Source: Candidatus Pacearchaeota archaeon (GTDB lineage: Archaea > Nanobdellota > Nanobdellia > Pacearchaeales > UBA284). Taken from it: 32,000 bases of DNA. Location: NCBI GenBank assembly GCA_026016245.1, contig CP061211.1, positions 180,001-212,000 of the forward strand. The letters are read 5' to 3'. Positions 8,761 through 16,999 of this stretch are shown in pieces. The stretch's first letter is position 1, and each line of letters starts with the position of its first letter. The notes under the pieces are model-generated. The model saw only the letters and a list, made by a program, of their open reading frames with translations, did not search any database and had not been told where the DNA came from. The position numbers were made by a program, and so were the translations under genes.

Positions 8761-11651
8761 GAGGATTTTTTATGCTGCTAGATGGATAGCTTGGCTTAGA
8801 CTGCGATGAAGGACGTGGCAAGCTGCGAAAAGCTTGGGGGAACTGCATGCAAGTTTTGATCCCAAGATTTCCGAACGCGAAACGTATTATGCGAAGAGCA
8901 TAGTGCTCTGAGAAGAGAGTACACGCTGGGAATTGAAACATCTTAGTACCAGCAGGAAAAGAAAACAATGGTGATTCCCTAAGTAGCAGCGAGCGAAAAG
9001 GGAATAAGGCAAACCGAATCCTTATATGAAAGTATAAGGAGATGTGGAGCGGCTTAGCGCACACCTGGGCTTGTATAGTTTAAGTTTCCTGGAACGGAAC
9101 GCTATAGAGGGTGATAGCCCCGTGAACGAAACAGGTATGGTGATTGCTAAGTTCAAGAGTAATGTTTCCTGGATTGGAAGCATGAATATGGCTCAACTAA
9201 GAGCCAACTTTAAATATAGGTCTAAGTCCGATAGCACATTAGTACTGTGAAGGAATGCTGAAAAGAACCCTTGACGGGGAGTTAAAAGACTTGAAATCTA
9301 GTAGTTATGGATTGTTACTGCTCTTTCTCGCTTATGTGAGTTTGAGTCGTAACGTGCGTTTTGGAAAACGAGCCAGGGAGTTAAGGTAAGTGGCAAGGTT
9401 AACTCATTATGTGAGGAAGCCGTAGCGAAAGCAAATGCATGTAGCTTTCGGGTGAAATGCAGCATCGTAACTTGTGTAAGTCACTTATCTCAGACCTGAA
9501 ACCGGACGATCTATTCCTGAACAAGGTGAAGCCTCTCTAACGAGGGGTGGAGGCCTGAACCGTTGTTGTGGGCAAGCACTCGGATGATTTAGGAATAGGG
9601 GTGAAAAGCTAATCTAGTTCGGCGATGGCTGGTTCCTGCCGAAATATACCTTCGTATAGCCTCTTGTTAGCTTACTAATGAGGTAGAGCTACGGATTGGA
9701 CATGCAGGTCGCTTTTGTGGTCGGTGTCCTGTCCAACTCCGAACTTGTTAGAAGCGCAGCAAGGGAAACAGAAGTGGGGGGTAAGCTTCTACTTCGAGAC
9801 GGGAACAACCAAGACTAAAGTTAAGGTCCTTAAATGATGATTAAGTGCACTGAAGGGCGTCTTGATTCTGAGACAGTGGGGAGGTGGGCTTAGAGGCAGC
9901 CATCCTTTAAAGAAAGCGTAACAGCTCACCTATCGAGAATCAGGGCACCGAAAATTGACGGGGCTTAAATCATCTACCGAGACTTTAGTGTTTCTCTTCG
10001 GAGAAATCAAGTAGGCAGGCGTACTGTTTGGACAGAAGTATCTTCGTAAGAAGGTATGGACCGAATAGTAATGATAATCCTGGTGTTAGTAGGATCTGAC
10101 TTACGTGAGAGTCGTAAGGGTCGAAAGAGCTAGGGTTCCTCGACAATGTCGATCAGTCGAGGGTTAGTCGATCCTAACTGCATGCTTAACTGACATGCGG
10201 GAAAGGGAAGCATTTTAATATTAATGCACTGTTCAGTAGTTTTGAAACTATCAAGGACGCTTTAGGACAAGCAGAGTGTATCCGCAAGGACATCTCTTGC
10301 AAGAAAGTCATGGATTGTAATGATGAGAAGTGACTGAACTGTAGGAGCCAAAGTTTGTTGATTCCTAGAGCTCGTAAAAAGTTGATAATGGAGCTGCTGA
10401 GCAATCGTACCTAGAACTTGCACTAGTGCTCTTGCTGAGTAGGTAAAGATCTGCAAGCTTAAAGCTGGTAAGGGAATTCGGCAATTTAGCCTTGTATCTT
10501 CGGTAGAAGAGGTGCCTATATTTGTGTTTTGTTTCGTAAGAAGTAGGATGCAAAAGTAGGTTTCAATAACAAGGACGGCCCGACTGTTTATCAAAAACGT
10601 AGCCAAGTGCTAATCTGAAAAGACTTGTACACTTGGTGAAACCTGCCCAGTGGTGGTGTCTAAAACTCCTTTTCAAGGGAGCTAAGGTCCATCAAACGGC
10701 GGGCCTAACTGTGAGGCTCTTAAGGTAGCGTAATACCTTGTCATCTGAATGGTGACTTGCATGAATGGTGTAACGAGGTTGTCACTGTCCCTACTAGCGA
10801 GCTTCTGAATCCTCCATTCTGGTGCAGAGGCCAGAGACGCCTAGCGGGAAGCGTAGACCTTGTGGAACTTTACTGCAACTTGTCGTTGTGTTTTGTGAAG
10901 CGATACACAGAGTAGCTAGGAGAGATGAAACGATGCTTCGGCGTAGTGGATCGAAAGTGTAACACTAGCTATCATTTTATAGAATGCTAACCTGAAAGGG
11001 GACAGCGGCTGGCGGGCAGTTTGGCTGGGGCGGCACCCTACTGAAAAGATATCAGTAGGGCCCAAAGGTGAGCTCAGTGTAGTTGGAAACTACATGAGGA
11101 GCGCAGAGGTAAAAGCTCGCCTGACTGTGTCTCGCAAAGAGAGAGACGCAGATGCGAAAGCAGGGCTCAGCGAACCCTAATAGTCTTTTAGTGGGACTTT
11201 AGGATGACAGAAAAGTTACCCCAAGGATAACAGGCTTGTCGCGCTCGATAGTCCATATTGACAGCGCGGTTTGGTACATCGCCGTCGGCTCTTCCTATCC
11301 TGGCTGTGCATAAGCAGCCAAGGGTGTCGGGGTTCACGCATTAAAAGGGATCGTTAGCTGGGTTAAGAACGTCGTGAGACAGTTTGTTTGATATCTACTA
11401 GGTGTGTTGTTGTCTGAGTGGAACAAAGCTCCAGTACGAGAGGAACGGGCTTTGGGAGCCTCTGGTTCAGCGGTTGTTCTTATAGAGCAGGCCGCACAGC
11501 TACGCTCTGGTTGATAAGAGCTGAACGCATCTAAGCTCGAAGCAACCCGCAAAAATAGACAACTGAGGCCGTTATAGAAGATAACGTTGATAGAGTTGGG
11601 GTGTAAGTCAGAAGGCAACGACTGATTCAGCCTGCAACTACTAAAAGCCTC
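8761..11651 (+). rRNA. 23S ribosomal RNA (archaeal), ends approximate
   Basis: gatgaaggacgtggcaagctgcgaaaagc near the 5' end; aaggtagcgtaataccttgtc; ggctggggcgg P-loop; ggataacagg; agtacgagaggaacgg sarcin-ricin loop. Terminal helix gagg.tttt/aaaa.cctc. Confidence 0.93.
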
Positions 11652-11785
11652 ATTTTCTCAAAAACTCAAAAGAAAGCTACTTACTGTGGTGTTGATTCAC
11701 CTTGAAAACCTATTTTTTTCTACAATAATCTTTATAATAACTCCCAGATTTCTCTTCTTGGCTAAGGAAAAAATAAAAAGAGAAA

Positions 11786-13279
11786 ATGAGAATTCCTGGT
11801 TCAATTTATAAAAATAAGAAAGGGGATACTTATGTAGCTCTGTATAATTATTGGGCAGATGTTTATAGGAAAGCTCCTCCTGAAATAAGAAAAATGTCAG
11901 ATTATGTCGCCCATATCAAGTATTCTTTTGGCGGCAATTCAAGAGGAATTGATGTTTTTCTTTTATATAACAGAAATTATGATATTTCTGATGAAGTGGA
12001 TGTTAAAAGAACACTTAGAGAAAGTAAAAGTAATGAAGTTAATAGAAATCTCAAAGCTATTGACAAAAGACATAATCTTATCGTAGAAATAGCTCCTGAA
12101 TGTGATGTTAGTGGGATTCTTAATTTAATCAGAAAAGATATTAAAGATTTTGCAAGAAGGCCAGCAAAAAAACATAGTCCTAGTATCAGTCTTGTTGATA
12201 AAATTGTTCCAAAAACAAAATTAAGAAAAATAAAACAAAAAGAATATTTAAGAAGAGGCAAACAAGAATTTGTTCCTTCTTGTGCTCTTGATGTTAATTT
12301 AGATTTTTCCTGGGGTTGTATTTCTGGCTTCATTCCAAGCCCCAATGCTCATTTTGATGGAAAATATTTTAGGAATTATTTCCTTGACATATGGGCTGAA
12401 TGTGGCTATTGTTATGCTGTTTATCAACACAAGAGTTTTGCTAAATATATTTTGGATATTGATAAAAAACAATTAATAGAAGAATTGGAAAAAGAGAAGA
12501 AAGCAAAGGCAAGAAATATTGTCTTAAGATTGGGTAAAAGAACAGAGGCTGGTTCTAAATTTACACTTGATTCTCTTGTAACCACGCTTGAGGCTTGTAT
12601 TGAAACAGGAACAAGAGCAATTATTCCGACAAAATATCTTGAATTTGATAAAGAAATTGCAGGACTTCTTAAAAAATCAAAATCAGTTGTTCTTTATAGT
12701 ATTGGTTGGGATAAACTTGAAAAAGGTGCTTGTATACATGGTTATCCTAATGAGTGGAGAATAGAACAAGCTTTACGATACAAAAAAGAAAATGTCAATT
12801 CAGTTTTATATTTGCACATAAATCTGCCACATAAGATGACTGAAAGAGAAAGAGGAATTTTAAATTTTGCATTCAAAGATGATTTACCTATACAACTCCT
12901 TTCGATAAGAATTCCAAGTAAAAGAATTGCTAAAGAAATTACTGGAAGTTCTTGGGAAGAATTAAAAACAAGCAACGGGCAACTTTTGCTAGATATAATA
13001 AAAAAGACTAAAAATCATGGCGGCTATAAATGGAAAACTAATATTATGATCGCACAAGAAAAACATGAAGATTATAAATTCCTTATTGGTCAGAATAATT
13101 ATCATCGCATAAGAATGTGCCATCATGATGATAAAGAAACTTACTGTGGCAGATGTTTTCTTGATGATAAAGGATCTATAACACCAACAGTAAAACTAGA
13201 TATAAAATATATGAAAAAAAGCAGAAAAGATTGGAAAAAACCTAAAAATCATAATGGTTCGCTTTTTGAGCATATTTAA
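11786..13279 (+). CDS. Unknown protein, 497 aa; weak resemblance to SPL/DUF5131-like radical SAM proteins
   Basis: Central DFSWGC...(about 26 residues)...ECGYCYAVYQHKSF followed by an alternating alpha/beta region. C-terminal CHHDDKETYCGRCF. The CxxCYA resemblance is by eye only. Confidence 0.75.
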   Translation: MRIPGSIYKNKKGDTYVALYNYWADVYRKAPPEIRKMSDYVAHIKYSFGGNSRGIDVFLLYNRNYDISDEVDVKRTLRESKSNEVNRNLKAIDKRHNLIVEIAPECDVSGILNLIRKDIKDFARRPAKKHSPSISLVDKIVPKTKLRKIKQKEYLRRGKQEFVPSCALDVNLDFSWGCISGFIPSPNAHFDGKYFRNYFLDIWAECGYCYAVYQHKSFAKYILDIDKKQLIEELEKEKKAKARNIVLRLGKRTEAGSKFTLDSLVTTLEACIETGTRAIIPTKYLEFDKEIAGLLKKSKSVVLYSIGWDKLEKGACIHGYPNEWRIEQALRYKKENVNSVLYLHINLPHKMTERERGILNFAFKDDLPIQLLSIRIPSKRIAKEITGSSWEELKTSNGQLLLDIIKKTKNHGGYKWKTNIMIAQEKHEDYKFLIGQNNYHRIRMCHHDDKETYCGRCFLDDKGSITPTVKLDIKYMKKSRKDWKKPKNHNGSLFEHI

Positions 13280-13280
13280 A

Positions 13281-14054
13281 ATGTCAGACTTTGATTTAGA
13301 AATCAGAACAGGAGAAGGGATTATAATAAATTTAGAACTGTGTAAAGGATGGAAAAATATAATTCAAGAGTATAAGATTCCAGATAATTACAAGAAAAGA
13401 TTAGAAGATTATGCAAATGATCTTGCTCAATTTTCTGGATTGCAAAAAGCCAGATTAAATTGGAATGATGATTGGGGATTAAATTTTGTTGAAGCTTATT
13501 ATGGCAATGCTTGCGTCTTACTTTTGAATAAAGATGAAGATTCACCAAGTTACTATCCTCATAACATCGATACACCAGAACAAACTTTTGTTTTAATGTC
13601 CACTGTTTTAAAATATGTGTGGAATGTAAGGGCAAGTGCAGAAAATAAATTACCTAATTGGATGGTTTGGCCGATAGAGATAGACAATGTAAAAGAGGCA
13701 TGGATAAAGATAAACATGCATCCAAAACTAGAAGAGATAGTTAAAAATAGTAATAAAAGTGAAAAGTTTAGAAAATTTATTGAAGAATGTGCTCCTTTTT
13801 CAAAACAAGGATATTCTAGATTAACAGAAGTTAAATTTCATTGGGATGACAATTTAGGATTAAAAGCTGTTGAAGCAGTTCCAGGGATAAATGGTTCTGC
13901 CCTGGATTTAAATAAGGATGAAGCAGGTAATTTTTATTATCTTTCACACAATATACGTTCTCCTATTCAGGCTGTTGCATTAATAGGTTCTGTTTCTAAG
14001 TATATTCAGTATCTAAAAAGAATAGGAAAAGAAAAATGCCAGCTAGAAAATTAA
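13281..14054 (+). CDS. Unknown protein with an internal tandem duplication; start probably at 13281 (MSDFDLEI)
   Basis: The ORF track gives 13254, but ATG at 13281 lies 1 nt after the preceding stop. Two repeat units share WxDxxGL...VEA...LxLNKDE...YYxxHNIxxPxQ. Confidence 0.75.
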   Translation: MSDFDLEIRTGEGIIINLELCKGWKNIIQEYKIPDNYKKRLEDYANDLAQFSGLQKARLNWNDDWGLNFVEAYYGNACVLLLNKDEDSPSYYPHNIDTPEQTFVLMSTVLKYVWNVRASAENKLPNWMVWPIEIDNVKEAWIKINMHPKLEEIVKNSNKSEKFRKFIEECAPFSKQGYSRLTEVKFHWDDNLGLKAVEAVPGINGSALDLNKDEAGNFYYLSHNIRSPIQAVALIGSVSKYIQYLKRIGKEKCQLEN

Positions 14055-14893
14055 ATGACGAACAGATGAAAGAACTAGTCAAAGATGTTGTTGGAGGAAA
14101 TTTGTATAAACAGGAGTTATTAAAAAAATATAATATCGGTGATAGTACATTTCCAGTAATATTAAAAAGAGCTGTAAAAAAAGGATTTATAAGTGAGGAA
14201 CAAAGGCTAGAATGGATAGCTAGAACTCGTACAAGAGGATGGAATGGGAAAGTTAAAAAATATGGTCTTAAGGGAGCTTCTGACTTGTGTAAAGAAGCTT
14301 GGGAAAAAGGATTGGGAAAAGTGGAGATTGATAGATGGAAGGAATTTTCTAGATTAGGGGGGGATACCACACAGGCATTATACCCCCATGTTAGAGATAA
14401 TCTCAGATATTTTGAGGTTTATGGAAAAAATAAGTGTTATTATGAGGATATGGAATTTTCTTCTTTTGGTGAAAGATTTGTCGGTTTTTTACTAATAGAA
14501 TATGGTCTAATTGATAAAATAATTCTAGGAGAAAATTTTCAGAGAAAAATAGATAATAAAAAAGTTGATTTTTATATTAATGACAAATTAGCTGTAGAAT
14601 ATCATCCTACACTAAAAGGACATTCTAGTATTGAATGTAAATCTGAAGAAGAATACAAAGAAGAACGAAAAAAACACTTCAACAAAGGAGGGTTTCATGG
14701 AGAAATTGTTGTTATAACAAGTATTTCTGATTTTTATAAGAAATTACCTAAACTAGGAATTGAAAGAATAGAATGGAGCACTCATTGTGACAGAGTTAGC
14801 AGAGTAAAAGAAATGTTGAAAGAATATGATGAACAGAATTTAGAACAAAAAGTTGAAACTGATGAATATGATGATGACGAATGCCCTTTTTAA
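14036..14893 (+). CDS. Unknown protein with N-terminal HTH-like segment and C-terminal PD-(D/E)xK/Vsr/DUF559-like nuclease candidate
   Basis: Core FGERFVGFLLIEYGL...NKKVDFYINDKLAVEYHPTLKGH resembles the E...VDF...vvExDg/xxH core of Vsr-like endonucleases. N-terminus GGNLYKQELLKKYNIGDSTFPVILKRAVKKGF is HTH-like. Confidence 0.65.
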   Translation: MPARKLNDEQMKELVKDVVGGNLYKQELLKKYNIGDSTFPVILKRAVKKGFISEEQRLEWIARTRTRGWNGKVKKYGLKGASDLCKEAWEKGLGKVEIDRWKEFSRLGGDTTQALYPHVRDNLRYFEVYGKNKCYYEDMEFSSFGERFVGFLLIEYGLIDKIILGENFQRKIDNKKVDFYINDKLAVEYHPTLKGHSSIECKSEEEYKEERKKHFNKGGFHGEIVVITSISDFYKKLPKLGIERIEWSTHCDRVSRVKEMLKEYDEQNLEQKVETDEYDDDECPF

Positions 14894-16299
14894 AAATGGA
14901 ATCTGAATTTAATTATGAGGATGCAAAAGCAAGAGTTTCAAAGGAACTTACTGATTTAGTGGAGCAAATTTGGCCAGAAATAAAAAAGAGTTATGAAGAA
15001 AGCATTGTTCAAATAGCAATTCCAGAAAATAAAGTTAAGGCTATATACACTAATTGTTTTAATATAAAAGATGATAACAAGAGAAAAAGATTTTCAATGT
15101 TGTTTAATTTAGAAGAGGAATGTTATTGGCATGCTATTGATAATTGGCCAGAAATTCGTAAAACTTTAACAAAAGAGGATGAAAAATTTTATGCTACTTT
15201 AATGATAGAAGAAGCTAAAAAGAGACAACATGAAGAAGAGAGATTTGGTTATATGTGGATAGTTATAAATTATGATAATGGAAATCTACAGAATTTTATT
15301 TCAGAAGAATTCTTAGAAGAAGTTGTAAACAGAGGATTTTGGGAAATTGCAAATGGATATTTTACTGGTGGTATTTTTAGTTTACCTTTAGAAAAATATT
15401 ATACTCTTATGAAATATTCTAAATATTTAGATTTTAGCAGATTGGATGAATTTAAAGATAAACCTCTTGTGCAGGGGCAATATGGATGGCTAGATTATAG
15501 ATATATAGAAGTTTTTGAAAGGGAAAGAAAAAAATTGAGTTTGGAAGATTCAGCATGGTTTGCACGTCCAATCATAGAATCTGTAATTTCTTGGTCCTTA
15601 TCTTTTGAAAATCCAGAGGATAATCCAAAAGAGGGTTTGAAAAAAAAGTTAGAGCCTTATAAAAAATATCTTAATATAAGAACAATTCAAGATCTTTTAA
15701 AAGAAAAATTTCAATATTATATCAAATATATCAACGATGAGGATGCTGGTTCTTATTTAGGTTATGCAAATATTTTAATTGACTATATAAATCTCAGTGA
15801 AGATGAAATTACAAGATTTGTTAGTGCTAGTTTACCAAAAGAAGAATTTGACTTGGAAAGAACTTTGATTGAAATTAACTTTCCAAAAAAATGGCTTAAT
15901 TCTGAAACAATGTCTATTATTCAAGAAAAGATAATCAAACATCTTGATAGGCCGCCATATCATTGGAAAGGAAAACAAGTAATCCCACATCTTGGTTTTC
16001 TTCAAGATGTTATTCAAAGAGAATGGCTTGACGAGGATATTGGAAAAGAAAGGATTAAAAAAGGACTTGAAAATTATTTAACTCAAAAACACAGACCAGG
16101 CGGTGCACCAGTTTTAGAACTTCTGCAGGTATTAAATCCTAAACATGTTGAACAAAAACTTTATAGAGAGGTTGTTCACCAAAGTATCACAGACCTTGTA
16201 AAAAGAAAAAGAATTGAAGAGGCTAGTGCATGGTATAAGAAAGCTGAACAAGAAGGGTGGCTTGATAAAAATAAAATTCCTATTTTTGAGTTGAGTTAA
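14881..16299 (+). CDS. Unknown large helical protein, 472 aa (possibly starting at MESEF, 14896)
   Basis: ORF overlapping the preceding gene and continuing the cluster. Rich in predicted helices, no recognised motif. Confidence 0.75.
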   Translation: MPFLKMESEFNYEDAKARVSKELTDLVEQIWPEIKKSYEESIVQIAIPENKVKAIYTNCFNIKDDNKRKRFSMLFNLEEECYWHAIDNWPEIRKTLTKEDEKFYATLMIEEAKKRQHEEERFGYMWIVINYDNGNLQNFISEEFLEEVVNRGFWEIANGYFTGGIFSLPLEKYYTLMKYSKYLDFSRLDEFKDKPLVQGQYGWLDYRYIEVFERERKKLSLEDSAWFARPIIESVISWSLSFENPEDNPKEGLKKKLEPYKKYLNIRTIQDLLKEKFQYYIKYINDEDAGSYLGYANILIDYINLSEDEITRFVSASLPKEEFDLERTLIEINFPKKWLNSETMSIIQEKIIKHLDRPPYHWKGKQVIPHLGFLQDVIQREWLDEDIGKERIKKGLENYLTQKHRPGGAPVLELLQVLNPKHVEQKLYREVVHQSITDLVKRKRIEEASAWYKKAEQEGWLDKNKIPIFELS

Positions 16300-16676
16300 G
16301 ATAAAAACCTTCTACTTTTCTTAATTGTCCCGCTTACACCAACACATCTGAAGACCAAATTTTTTTCATCTATTAAGGCCAACGAAGTTTTAACCTTATC
16401 TACATATTTTGTTGTTACACTGACTATGAAATAAATTTTTTTGTTTATCTTGCCTGTTTCTACAAAGAGAGGACCGGCTTTTGCATAACCAAGAATCCCA
16501 ATAAAGTCAAGAATAGCTTTGTTAATTATTTCCTTTACTTTATCTTCATTTGATTTTCCTTCTATTGTTATAACAATATAATGTCTTTTTTCTCGCAGAG
16601 TAGGAAGAAGCTTTAATTTCTTTGGCTTGGTTTGTTTTTTCTTTGTTTTTGTTTTTTTCTTCATTTTTTTAATCAA
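16296..16676 (-). CDS. rnp2: Ribonuclease P protein component 2 (Pop5/Rnp2 family)
   Basis: LLPTLREKRHYIVITIEG near the N-terminus, HKYVDKVK-like TKYVDKVKTSLALI, and GVSGTIKKSRRFLS at the C-terminus, all typical of archaeal Pop5. Confidence 0.85.
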   Translation of the reverse strand: MIKKMKKKTKTKKKQTKPKKLKLLPTLREKRHYIVITIEGKSNEDKVKEIINKAILDFIGILGYAKAGPLFVETGKINKKIYFIVSVTTKYVDKVKTSLALIDEKNLVFRCVGVSGTIKKSRRFLS

Positions 16677-16983
16677 TTATTGGTGGAGATGGAACACAAA
16701 TGCCCTCCTCACATCCACAACCCTTTATCTTGCAATTATAGAGAGCAGTGCATATAAGTTGATCAGCTGGCGGACAATCTTTTAATTTTTCTTCATATAG
16801 AGAGGCAAGAGCTATGCTAACACACTCTTCCTGGCCTCCCATATTACAAGGACAGCAGGTTGTTTGTACTTTTATGCAGTCTGTGTCTTTGAAACATTCT
16901 GCTCCAGGCTCGCAACCTTGGCCATTTATAACTAAAAGTAACATAACAAACAATATAGATAGGATAATTTTTTTTATTATCAT
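16669..16983 (-). CDS. Secreted Cys-rich small protein (13 Cys), unknown function
   Basis: Hydrophobic N-terminal segment IIKKIILSILFVMLLLVINGQGC followed by a compact Cys-rich domain. Confidence 0.7.
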   Translation of the reverse strand: MIIKKIILSILFVMLLLVINGQGCEPGAECFKDTDCIKVQTTCCPCNMGGQEECVSIALASLYEEKLKDCPPADQLICTALYNCKIKGCGCEEGICVPSPPIID

Positions 16984-16999
16984 CTTAAAAATTAATAAA

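Noticed and set aside
11334-11618. Minus-strand ORF of 94 aa over the 3' part of 23S
   Set aside because: Antisense to conserved 23S sequence including the sarcin-ricin loop; spurious.
11904-14370. Antisense and alternate-frame ORFs at 11904-12086, 11977-12345, 12742-12975, 13321-13635 and 13996-14370
   Set aside because: Nested inside longer, tightly packed plus-strand genes, with no recognisable motifs.
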